A DNA stretch of 46,116 bases from Verrucomicrobiota bacterium (GCA_045046875.1 JASFYY010000116.1:1-46116), one strand, 5' to 3'. Shown: positions 8,804 to 17,375, numbered from the stretch's first letter. Notes: generated by a model not told the origin, from the sequence alone. A program made the numbers and translations.

Positions 8804-9652
8804 TCAGCGGCCAGCGAGCCATCTGTAGCGGTACTTGATCCACAGACTGATTGCCAGATCCAGCAGAAACATCAGCAGAGTTAACCAGATTACGTAGACG
8901 ATGGTCGAGTCCATTGCCGTCGTGCGGTAGAATTTAATGAAGATGCGATAACCAATGCCTGCCTCTGCAGAAATGGATTCGCCGGCAATCATCAGCACGG
9001 CCATCACCCCGAGGTTCAGACGAATCGTATTGAGCACGTCTGGCCAGATTTGTGGAAAAACCACGCGCCATGGCAGCTCCAGTTCGCAAGAGCCTAGGCT
9101 CTGCGCCTTGTAGAACTGCTGTCGCGGTAGCGCCTTCGCACGCAGGTAGGTGTCCAGGCAGACCATTGGAAAGACGGCGAGCACAATCAGTCCGACCTTG
9201 GCCACCTCACCGGTGCCGAGGGTCAGGAAAAGAATGGATAACAGGGCCAATGCGGGAACCATGCTCAGGATGACCATGATGGTCTTTCCCAAGGATTCGG
9301 CCCACGGGTAGCTGCCCATCATCACGCCAATAGGCACGGCGAGCAGGATCACTGCCATCGCCCAGCCCATGCGCTTGAAGCTGGCGACAGTGTCCTTGTA
9401 GAGCATGAACTGGCGTTCAAGCCGCAGTTCCTTGCGGCGTGTGCTCTCACTCTCTGCCTCGGGAATCGGCAGAGCTACTTTTTTCGCCGCAGTGACCAGC
9501 TTCCCAGCTGTCGGCATCAGTTTAGCGCGATCAGTATCTGCGAGGTCCGAAGACTTCTTCACATACATAAAGCAGAGGAAGATCACCGGCAGCAGCTTCA
9601 GGACAAGCCTGCCGAGCCAAGGGATCCGTGCATCTGTGCGCAGGTATTTCAC
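8804..9652 (-). CDS. ABC transporter permease (NitT/TauT type)
   Basis: Multiple TM segments; EAA-like loop KAQSLG...RVVFPQIWP; GIGYRI motif. Confidence 0.92.
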   Translation of the reverse strand: MKYLRTDARIPWLGRLVLKLLPVIFLCFMYVKKSSDLADTDRAKLMPTAGKLVTAAKKVALPIPEAESESTRRKELRLERQFMLYKDTVASFKRMGWAMAVILLAVPIGVMMGSYPWAESLGKTIMVILSMVPALALLSILFLTLGTGEVAKVGLIVLAVFPMVCLDTYLRAKALPRQQFYKAQSLGSCELELPWRVVFPQIWPDVLNTIRLNLGVMAVLMIAGESISAEAGIGYRIFIKFYRTTAMDSTIVYVIWLTLLMFLLDLAISLWIKYRYRWLAGR

Positions 9653-9684
9653 TGATTTCGATAAGGTTAATGCTCTCAGGATGC

Positions 9685-10728
9685 TTACTTCGAAGCGCTG
9701 AAATTGAAACGCAGCTTCACGTTGTCCTTTTTGCCAAGGACCTCGCCGTCGGCAAATTGAATGCCGATGTAACCAGCGTCATCCGCGTCTTCACCCAGCA
9801 GTGCCTGATCGAAACAGAAATCACGCACCATCGTGGTCGCCTTCTTGTGAGCCTTGGACTTGAGGGCGTCGCCCATGGTGTCCGGCGTGTAGTAGAAGAA
9901 AGTGGTCTTCAGCTGGGCCTTGGCTTCCGCCGCGGTGACGTTGGCTGCCTGTGCGATGGTCGCGATCAGATCCTCGGCCTCCTTACCTCCGCTACTGAGG
10001 GTGTTCATGGCTTCGAACCATGCTCCGGAGATGGCTTTGGCAAGACGCGGATCTTCCTTCAGCAGGTCGCTGCGCATTACAAAACCGTCCAGGATCTCAC
10101 CGGGGATTTTCGAAGAGTCAAAGACATTGGCCACTCCGGGCTGTTGCATCAGGCCAAGAGCGTGCGGGTTCCACGTGACTGTGGATTTTACCTTTGCGTC
10201 ATCACTGGTGAAACCACTGACGATACCCTTCTCAGCACGGTGGGCGAACTTGAAGTCCGACTCCTTCATGCCGCCAAGGACGATACCTCGATAGGTCAGG
10301 TAGTGGCTCACGGTGAACTCCTCGCCATACACAGTTGTGCCCTTGAGACCGGAGATGGATTTCGTTCCGGTGGCGAGCCACATGTCATTGCCATTCGAAT
10401 AATCTCCGACAACGAAAAACGTACAATCGATCCCCGCCTGACTGATCAGGGTGAGGGCATCCATGGTGGTCACGGGGACCACGTCGATGTTCTTCGCCTT
10501 GAAGGCGTCGATGGAGGCCACGTAGCCGAACTCCTTCACGGAGATCTTGATGCCATTGGCCTTGGCGTGTTTGTCGAGCAGTCCGGTATCAGCGAGGTAT
10601 TTCACTGGGCACCAGCCGATATAGTTACTCCAGCCGAAGGTATAGTCACCATCGGCCTGGGCGTTGGCCGTCATGGAAGCGGCTGCGGTTATGGCCACCA
10701 TCAGGGCGGCAATTGCTATTTTTTTCAT
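9685..10728 (-). CDS. ABC substrate-binding protein, urea-carboxylase-region (guanidine-type, TIGR03427-like) family
   Basis: Signal peptide. WSNYIGW, TMDALT, GDYSNGND, VSHYL, VTWNP, FDSSKIPGEI, GAWFE and GKKDNVKLRF match the family pattern as recalled. Confidence 0.85.
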   Translation of the reverse strand: MKKIAIAALMVAITAAASMTANAQADGDYTFGWSNYIGWCPVKYLADTGLLDKHAKANGIKISVKEFGYVASIDAFKAKNIDVVPVTTMDALTLISQAGIDCTFFVVGDYSNGNDMWLATGTKSISGLKGTTVYGEEFTVSHYLTYRGIVLGGMKESDFKFAHRAEKGIVSGFTSDDAKVKSTVTWNPHALGLMQQPGVANVFDSSKIPGEILDGFVMRSDLLKEDPRLAKAISGAWFEAMNTLSSGGKEAEDLIATIAQAANVTAAEAKAQLKTTFFYYTPDTMGDALKSKAHKKATTMVRDFCFDQALLGEDADDAGYIGIQFADGEVLGKKDNVKLRFNFSASK

Positions 10729-10757
10729 AGTATTGTTCGTTGTTGTTGAGTGGATAC

Positions 10758-11579
10758 TCAGGCCTTGAGTTCGCCTTCGTCATCCGTATTTGTTGATTCG
10801 GTGGTCCCTTCCGGGGTGTCTGCTGCGAGCATCTCGTCAAGCAGGTCGAGCCCGTCCTGCTCGACCATGGTGGCCGCCAGCTCGGTCTCAATTGAGTCAG
10901 CGGATGCGCCTTCCAGATCGGACTTGATCTTCGCCTGCTGCTTCATTGCGGAAATGCGGTTGGTGACCGTGCTCAGGGTCGAGCGGTCGGAGGACTGCTC
11001 AAGTCCGCTGAGGCGGTCCATGAGGGCGGAAGTGGTCTTCGCGTCCACGTAGTCAGCGATGGCCTGGGCCTTCTGATCGTCGAGCGCCTTGATTTCGCGC
11101 TGACGCTTGGCCAGTTGCGTCTTGAGATGGTCGAGGCGGCCTTGACGGTCCTCTAGCTCCGGTTGCACCCGGGCCTGCAGCGTGTCTTCGGTCTGCACCT
11201 TGCCCTGATAATCGATGAAGGCACGTTGCCATTTCATCACATCGGGATCACTCTGTGCGGTCTCACGGGTCAGGCCCTTCTCCTTGAGGACCTTGGCGAG
11301 CCGGAGTTTCGCTGTATCGCGCAGCTTGATGAACTTTTCCTCGCGCTCGAGGCTCTCCTCAAGACGATCCTTGCTGGACTCGACACTGGCGGCAAGCTGC
11401 GAGACGGCGTTGATGAACTCGGCGTGGTCCTTGATCTCCTTGTCCTTCTGGATGTCGAAGGCCATGCCGACCCCCTCGGCGGAGGATGTGAAGGTCTCTT
11501 CGGCGGCTTTATTGACTTTTCCGCCAGCCCACAGCCACTTGAAGGTGAGGAACCGGCCAATTGCTTTAAATAATCCCAT
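10758..11579 (-). CDS. PspA/IM30 (bacterial ESCRT-III-like) coiled-coil protein
   Basis: Likely start ATG 11579 (273 aa). Amphipathic N-terminus MGLFKAIGRFL, long coiled-coil hairpin, then short helices and an acidic tail, as in PspA/Vipp1. Divergent. Confidence 0.7.
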   Translation of the reverse strand: MGLFKAIGRFLTFKWLWAGGKVNKAAEETFTSSAEGVGMAFDIQKDKEIKDHAEFINAVSQLAASVESSKDRLEESLEREEKFIKLRDTAKLRLAKVLKEKGLTRETAQSDPDVMKWQRAFIDYQGKVQTEDTLQARVQPELEDRQGRLDHLKTQLAKRQREIKALDDQKAQAIADYVDAKTTSALMDRLSGLEQSSDRSTLSTVTNRISAMKQQAKIKSDLEGASADSIETELAATMVEQDGLDLLDEMLAADTPEGTTESTNTDDEGELKA

Positions 11580-11598
11580 AGTCGTTTTTGATGTGTGT

Positions 11599-12492
11599 TT
11601 ACAGTATTGTGGATGTCTCATTTCGGACATTCCGGAGGAATTCCTTCATGTCCGTTTCCGCCGCCTCGGCGGCGGCGACCACACTAGACAAGCGTGTGGC
11701 GAGGTTGTCGCTGCTTTCATCCAGAGCGAGATCGGAACGACCTGCGTCTGACATGTAAGCACTTTTCAAGGCTGCTTCCAGCTCATTCGAACGGGCGATG
11801 AGTTCATCGCGTTTCGCCGTGAGCTGTTCGTAGCGGTTGATCTGTTGGGTGTGGGCGCTGATTTTGCTATCCAGCACCGTGTGGTTGGTGTCCGCCTTGA
11901 GCCGCTCGTCGGTCCACCCGGCGAGCTCATGGCGCAGCATCGTGATGTTGATACCCGTGAGCGCCGAGTGGATCTCGGCGGCTTGTCGCAGGTGTTCCAC
12001 CCCGGCCTTGCGGGCAGATTCTGCCAGGCCAAGCCGCTGTCCCACGGCGTTACCGAGCTTCGCTCCGGCCCGTGTTTCCAAAAATTCGGTGTATTGGGAA
12101 TAGGCGTCTGACAGCTCGACGGCTTCCTTGGCCGCCTCCGTGAAGCCAAGTTCGCGACACATCTCGGCGACCTCAGCCAGAGCCGTGCGCCGGTCCTGCT
12201 TGAGTTCCTCCATCATCCAGCGGATGTGGCGTTTGGTCAGGGTCTCACCGCGAATCCACATATTGTAAACGAAGGCTGCGGCTCCCACCACCCCCAGCAC
12301 GACCGCAGCGAAGACCCCGAAGAAACCCCAGCTGAATGCTCCGGTGAGCAGCAGGATTCCTCCGGCCAGAGCCAGCGGTATGATCGTGAATGGTGATTGG
12401 ATGCACTTGTTTCGGACGGCTTTAAAGATGGCTTCCTCATCGGTCAGGCTCTCGAGACTGATTTTCTGACGATTTTCATCCTTATCTGTCAT
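11599..12492 (-). CDS. Hypothetical membrane protein (2 N-terminal TM helices plus long helical/coiled-coil domain)
   Basis: Hydrophobic segments FTIIPLALAGGILLLTGAF and FFGVFAAVVLGVVGAAAFVY followed by heptad-like helices; 18-19 bp from both neighbours. Confidence 0.8.
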   Translation of the reverse strand: MTDKDENRQKISLESLTDEEAIFKAVRNKCIQSPFTIIPLALAGGILLLTGAFSWGFFGVFAAVVLGVVGAAAFVYNMWIRGETLTKRHIRWMMEELKQDRRTALAEVAEMCRELGFTEAAKEAVELSDAYSQYTEFLETRAGAKLGNAVGQRLGLAESARKAGVEHLRQAAEIHSALTGINITMLRHELAGWTDERLKADTNHTVLDSKISAHTQQINRYEQLTAKRDELIARSNELEAALKSAYMSDAGRSDLALDESSDNLATRLSSVVAAAEAAETDMKEFLRNVRNETSTIL

Positions 12493-12510
12493 TTGATGTT
12501 CTATAAAAAT

Positions 12511-14121
12511 TTAGAGTCCTCCGCGTTCGACGAGGATGGCTTCGACGCGCGGGACACGGCCTCGATAGGCTCGTGACCTCGGATTCTCACCTGGTCGGAC
12601 CTCCGGCGGTTGTGAGGAGCCCACGCCCTGGACGAAGAGGCGGTCCTCGTCGAAGCCGTGGATCAGTATCAGCCGCTTCTTCACCACTTCGGCGCGCAGG
12701 CTGGAGAGTTCGCGGTTCTCCTCGCTGTCCTGCCCGCCAGTGTGGCCGCGGATGATCACCCGATAGTTCGGATAGTTGATAGCGAGGAGCTTGGCGATCT
12801 TGTCGGCCTCCTCGGCGGCGCCGACTTCAAATTGCGTCTTGTTACGAAAACGGATGAGGCGGACCTGGAGCTTGGCGACTTCATTGAGCTTGATCCACGC
12901 GTCGGCCTTGAGCGGTTCGAAATCGTAGGCTCCGTCATCGCCCTGTCCGAGCGAACGTGGCGCGGCGTTCTTGAGGGCTTCGAGAACACGGGAGTTCACC
13001 AGACGATAGGGGTCGTTGATTTCCGAAGCACCGATGCGACCAGCGTCCACCAGCACATCGATGCAGGATAAAATGGTATCGATCACTCCTTCCTGTGGAG
13101 CGATGTTCGAACCGTTCATGGCGATTCCAAACTGCTGCTGGCAGTTGTCATGAAGGTCCAGCCAGTCGATCTTGTGTTCGTTCACGATAGCCTCCACGGC
13201 GGAACGATCAATATCCGCCCAGTGGGCCATGTCCGTGGTCAGCTCCTCGGAGTTGCGGCGGTAGTGGTCAAGTGCTCGGAAGTAAGCCTTGAAGTATTTC
13301 AGCACATCACCCTCGCGTTTCGCCAGCGTCTGCTTGTTGACCACGAAGTAGTCGACGATGTAGCCCGCGAATTTGTCCGAGCCCCAGATATAGGTGAGAT
13401 TCGGGTTTTTTTTCAGCGCCCGGGAAATATCAGGTTCCCACATTACGAAGACATCGCCCTGACCGTTCATCGCACGGGTGTAGACCTCCGCGGAGGAACC
13501 CACCGGCTTGCGCCAGTCCCCGCGCTGTGATCCGCCCTGCTCATCGGCGGCGCGGAGGTTGAAAAAATCCAGGTCCTTGACGGTGATGTCCACCAGGAAC
13601 TCGCTCGGGCTCTCGCCGGTATAGACCCACTTCAGCGCGTCATCATTGAGGTTCGCCACATCATTATTGGGCAGCTTGTCCTTGAGCACGACGATGCCGT
13701 CACCGCCATTGGACCGGGCGATGCCCACAACCATTACCCCAGGAAATCCCTTTGCTCTCCCGTGAATCAAATACTCGGCAGCAGGGATGGCGATGATGTC
13801 ATACTCCCCGGTCGCAAGCTTGGAGACCCGCTCGGCGATCACCGCACCGTCATCGACCCATTGAATACCCAGCCCTTGGCGCGCGGCTTCCTTCTTCGTC
13901 TGCTTGGACGAGGCAAAGAAGTATCCGAGGTAGCCATCGCCCGCGATCTTGAGTGTGGAGTTCACCTTGGCGTCCGAGATGTCGCGCTCAAATTGCTCGG
14001 CCTTCTCCTGTTCTGCCTGTTCCTGCTGTTTCCTGAAGAAGGGCTTGATGGCGAACCATGCCCCGGCCACCAGGGCGCAGACAACAAAGAGCAGCACGGC
14101 GATCTTTGATGTGGAATTCAT
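12511..14121 (-). CDS. TM-anchored substrate-binding (NMT1/SsuA-like) domain fused to a C-terminal OmpA-like domain
   Basis: N-terminal TM; RSNGGDGIVV, MWEPDIS and IVDYFVV; C-terminal IIRGHTG...NRELSSLRAEVV...RLFVQGVGSSQP...RVE. Confidence 0.85.
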   Translation of the reverse strand: MNSTSKIAVLLFVVCALVAGAWFAIKPFFRKQQEQAEQEKAEQFERDISDAKVNSTLKIAGDGYLGYFFASSKQTKKEAARQGLGIQWVDDGAVIAERVSKLATGEYDIIAIPAAEYLIHGRAKGFPGVMVVGIARSNGGDGIVVLKDKLPNNDVANLNDDALKWVYTGESPSEFLVDITVKDLDFFNLRAADEQGGSQRGDWRKPVGSSAEVYTRAMNGQGDVFVMWEPDISRALKKNPNLTYIWGSDKFAGYIVDYFVVNKQTLAKREGDVLKYFKAYFRALDHYRRNSEELTTDMAHWADIDRSAVEAIVNEHKIDWLDLHDNCQQQFGIAMNGSNIAPQEGVIDTILSCIDVLVDAGRIGASEINDPYRLVNSRVLEALKNAAPRSLGQGDDGAYDFEPLKADAWIKLNEVAKLQVRLIRFRNKTQFEVGAAEEADKIAKLLAINYPNYRVIIRGHTGGQDSEENRELSSLRAEVVKKRLILIHGFDEDRLFVQGVGSSQPPEVRPGENPRSRAYRGRVPRVEAILVERGGL

Positions 14122-14205
14122 TCGTTGGGGTGGATCTTCGGGATGAGTATCGGTTCGTCTTCGAACACTAATAGGTTGGCGTGGGAGCTTCCACAGGTCA
14201 AGGTC

Positions 14206-14967
14206 TTACAGGTCGCCCGCCGCACTATCGTCGAGTTCGGCGAGGGTCTCCTTCATCGCGCCAAGCAATTCCTGCTCGTCGTTGGCGCTGAAGTAAGCCT
14301 CCGAATATTGGCGTAGCGGGTGGGCGCTCTTGATGTGGAATCCGATCGTGTAGATTGGCACATGGTAGTCGCGTGCGAAGGTGATGCTCTTGTTGAACAT
14401 CCCCTGGTCGCTGGCCCGGCCATCCGTCACAACCACCAAGCGGACATCTCCGTAGCGCAGTTGCTTCTGGAACTGGGCGATCAGTGCCTTTGTTCCGGTT
14501 TGGATTGCCGCGCCAAGAGGGGTGCCGCCGCCGGCATTGATTTGACTGATTTCGGTTGCGAGCTGTTTGCGCTGTGTATCGCCGCGCCCGAGTGCCACCA
14601 CTTCCCGTCCGTCACTGCTGTTTGCATCGAATACGAAGAGCCCGATGTTCAAATTGTCGGGTGCTCCGGCGATGAAGGCGGCGACCGCGCTCTTGGCTTC
14701 CTCTATCGACTGGCCGGTCATACTGCCACTGCCGTCGAAGACGATGTAAACGTTAGAGCTGGGGTCCATTTTCGAACCCGGAGGCGTCGTATTGGCAATC
14801 GGTTCCTGGTCGAACGACCTCTTGCTGGCTTTGGCCGTGACCATCGGGCTTTCGAAAGCTTGTTGGCGTTCCGACGTGGTGAGGGAGCCACTACTTGATT
14901 TTTCACAACCCGTCGCCAGCAGCGCCGCCAGGGCGATGAGCCCCATAGGATAAAGCTTATTCTTCAT
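14206..14967 (-). CDS. vWA-domain lipoprotein
   Basis: Lipobox LATGC; complete MIDAS DGSGS...GGTPL...VVTDG; IPIYTIGF-like end (VPIYTIGF). Confidence 0.92.
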   Translation of the reverse strand: MKNKLYPMGLIALAALLATGCEKSSSGSLTTSERQQAFESPMVTAKASKRSFDQEPIANTTPPGSKMDPSSNVYIVFDGSGSMTGQSIEEAKSAVAAFIAGAPDNLNIGLFVFDANSSDGREVVALGRGDTQRKQLATEISQINAGGGTPLGAAIQTGTKALIAQFQKQLRYGDVRLVVVTDGRASDQGMFNKSITFARDYHVPIYTIGFHIKSAHPLRQYSEAYFSANDEQELLGAMKETLAELDDSAAGDL

Positions 14968-14986
14968 TTTTGTTCGGGGCTAATGA

Positions 14987-16741
14987 TTAAAAATCAATTT
15001 TCACGTCGTCGCCGACCTCGAGCACCTCAAGGCGCTCCAGAATAATCACGCCGCGGCGGTTTTCCGCACGTTTCTTCGGAGTGTCAGCGTTCTCATAAAC
15101 CGGAACGACTGCACCGCGACCAATGGCGACGATGCGGTTCTCGTCCAAGACCAGCCCTTCCGATTTACAATAACTCACAAAAGCATCACGCAGCGCTTCG
15201 GCGCGCTGGGCGGACTTCGTTTTGAGCGAACGCTCCAACAGCGTAGCGGTCTGCTGGGTAGGAGATGAGGACATCTTCAAAACCTTTTGGATCTTGCCGA
15301 GCAGAACATTGTCGTTCCTCTCCAGTGCCTGGAGCAGACGCATCAGCAGATAGCCGTCCGCATGTGCTTCGATAATCATCGTGGTGCCCGCATAGGTGTC
15401 GACCATGCTCATCGCCTGCTTGAAGTAATTCTTCAAATTGGCGTCTTTGGCATCGAAGGAATTCTGGTTCGCTGCGAAGGGAACAGTGAAGTCGAAGAGC
15501 GCAGTATCGCGTTCACTCAGTTCTGGATTTTCCATCAAGAACTGCTCGATCTTCTGCTGTGCTTGCTCGGGGCTTTTGAAGACCGACTTGGCAACCTTTA
15601 CCTCACCGGCGTATTTCAGTCCGGCACCCAGCGCGGCCCAATCCCATCCGGCGACGGGCATATCAAAACGACCGATACCGCGTCCGGCCCTCTCAAAAGC
15701 CACCTGAATCTCCTCGGTCAGCGTTTCCATGCTGCGTGTGGTTCCTTGACCGGTGAAAAAAGCCACGTTGCCGGAATGGCCGACAAGTTCCGCCTCTGAA
15801 AGCATTGCCTCAGTATCGCCTACAAGTCCGGCATCACCCAGCAGCAGTTTGGCAGAAGCGGCCATCACCTTGCGGTGCTCGGCGCTGCGTTTGGCCTTGC
15901 CATCCACCAGATCGCGCAGCGACTCCTGCGCCTTGAGCAAGCTCTTGACGAAACCCTCGACCGTCTTGCGATTGGCGTCGAAGTAATCCTTACGCACGGC
16001 ATAGACGTCGGGAATGATGCGGCTCGCCTGCTTTGAGGTGAAAAAGATCTTTGCTCCCTTCACCGCGTAGTCGCCCTCGGTCAGCGCAGCGGCGTCCGGC
16101 GAGATCACCCACACCGCGTCGATGTCATCACGCACCTCGAACAAGCCGGGAGGCGAGGATATCTTGTCACCCCCGCCGTCGAGCGGAGCGGCAAGTTCGG
16201 GCAGGTAGACAAACTTCACCTTGGAAGGGTCCGCGCCAGCATCCTGCAGGACCTTGATGGCAGGGTGTTCGTGCGGCCCGTAAAGCTGTACGGCCACCGT
16301 CTTGATGTCCTTGAGGGACTTCACCCGATCGCGCACGACCAAGCAGTCGCCACCATTGCTCCACGAGAGTTGATAGATCACCACGAGGTCCGTGCCTGCG
16401 TTTTGGAAGGCCTTCCGGGCCTGCAGAATCATCGGCAGTGTGCCTCGCAAATAGGGAGAGCTGCCGTTCAGGCAGTTGTCCACCTGGGCGGGGAAATTAT
16501 CTTCCCGGTAGAGTTTGGAATCTGGCAGGATTCCGTCCATCACGGCTAACTGGGTAGCGACATCCGCCCCCCAGGCAATCACCGGGATCTTCTTGTCATT
16601 ACTCACCGGTTTAAGTTGGGATTTGGTGATCGTCTCGAGTGGCTTATAGGGCAGAATATCAGCTTTTTGCGCAAAGCTGATTGCGGGCGTGAGGCAGAGC
16701 AGCATGGCAGCGGCTTGTGCTGTAAGTGCGGAAGTCTTCAT
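14987..16741 (-). CDS. Exported substrate-binding (NMT1/SsuA-like) protein with a C-terminal OmpA-like domain
   Basis: Signal peptide; WSNGGDCLVV and IIPDVYAVRKDYF; C-terminal IIEAHAD...SAQRAEAL...RIVAIGRG...ENRR. Confidence 0.85.
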   Translation of the reverse strand: MKTSALTAQAAAMLLCLTPAISFAQKADILPYKPLETITKSQLKPVSNDKKIPVIAWGADVATQLAVMDGILPDSKLYREDNFPAQVDNCLNGSSPYLRGTLPMILQARKAFQNAGTDLVVIYQLSWSNGGDCLVVRDRVKSLKDIKTVAVQLYGPHEHPAIKVLQDAGADPSKVKFVYLPELAAPLDGGGDKISSPPGLFEVRDDIDAVWVISPDAAALTEGDYAVKGAKIFFTSKQASRIIPDVYAVRKDYFDANRKTVEGFVKSLLKAQESLRDLVDGKAKRSAEHRKVMAASAKLLLGDAGLVGDTEAMLSEAELVGHSGNVAFFTGQGTTRSMETLTEEIQVAFERAGRGIGRFDMPVAGWDWAALGAGLKYAGEVKVAKSVFKSPEQAQQKIEQFLMENPELSERDTALFDFTVPFAANQNSFDAKDANLKNYFKQAMSMVDTYAGTTMIIEAHADGYLLMRLLQALERNDNVLLGKIQKVLKMSSSPTQQTATLLERSLKTKSAQRAEALRDAFVSYCKSEGLVLDENRIVAIGRGAVVPVYENADTPKKRAENRRGVIILERLEVLEVGDDVKIDF

Positions 16742-16743
16742 TT

Positions 16744-16893
16744 TTATGAGGAGGTTGGAATCAGTTTGAAACTACTAGGTATTTGCTTTTTCACATCCCC
16801 TGCTCTTCCGTTAGCTAACCGGTGTTGGAGAGGGGTAAGACTTTTTAAATCTTCACCTTTTATTTCTTGGTTAAGATCGTCGTTGTTTTCCAT
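16744..16893 (-). other. Possible 49-aa leader ORF (MENNDDLNQEIKGEDLKSLTPLQHRLANGRAGDVKKQIPSSFKLIPTSS)
   Basis: Hand-translated. Starts just downstream of a predicted promoter and stops 2 bp before the ATG of the first operon gene. No homology recognised. Confidence 0.3.
16771..16830. repeat. 60-bp dispersed repeat, copy 1 (copy 2 at 28210-28269)
   Basis: ACTACTAG..ATTTGCTTTTTCAC...CTTCCGTTA...TTGGAG; 49/60 ungapped identity by manual alignment. Confidence 0.9.
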
Positions 16894-16927
16894 TTTTTAA
16901 CAAGATGGGGTTCTAAATGTGAATCGG

Positions 16928-16964
16928 ATTGTAAGGGCAGCGCTACAATTGACAAGGGTCAATT
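16928..16964 (-). promoter_or_regulatory. Putative sigma70 promoter of the nine-gene operon, overlapped by palindromes
   Basis: Minus-strand TTGTCA-N16-TACAAT (16955-16928). Overlapping dyads AATTGAC-N4-GTCAATT (16947-16964) and ATTGTA-N10-TACAAT (16928-16949). Confidence 0.5.
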
Positions 16965-17375
16965 CATGCACACAATCACTTTGACCGAAAATCACATCCT
17001 AGGCGATTACAAAACTGGTCAACTTTTATAACGCGATGCTTAGTGCTCTATATCGGCACCTAACACGTATCATCTTGTTGCATATTGCTACTCATTCAGC
17101 ATTTCAACTTAGCATTCCTCGCGTGATGTCCAAATATTAGTCCGACCATCAAATGCCTCCAATTCATACATCCAAAAGGAAAGGCGTCAGGAGAATATTC
17201 TTACAATTTATCCTGTCATTTTCTTGAGTAATTTCGCCTGTTTCCCGCTCTTCACAATCTCTGTCATTGCTTGGCGCTCGCATATCGACGCACTCCTGTG
17301 CTTACTCCCATTTCCAATCGTTCGACCAACCCGCAGTGAAACATTGAACCTGCCCTCAACTATTTTAGCTAAAGA

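Noticed and set aside
11580..11630. Longer start (11630) for the PspA-like gene
   Set aside because: It overlaps the upstream gene. ATG 11579 gives a PspA-like amphipathic N-terminus after an A-rich leader.
5975..14967. MoxR-vWA chaperone system
   Set aside because: The ATPase has classical-AAA motifs rather than MoxR ones (no DEINR or NP-type signatures), and the vWA protein is an exported lipoprotein.
7924..16549. Plus-strand ORFs within the operon (e.g. 7924-8568, 9628-10749, 14320-14898)
   Set aside because: Antisense shadows of motif-supported minus-strand genes, with no recognisable domains.
16742..17375. Guanidine riboswitch upstream of the operon
   Set aside because: No guanidine-I consensus segments or paired ACGR hairpins were recognised by eye. 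An Infernal scan would be decisive.
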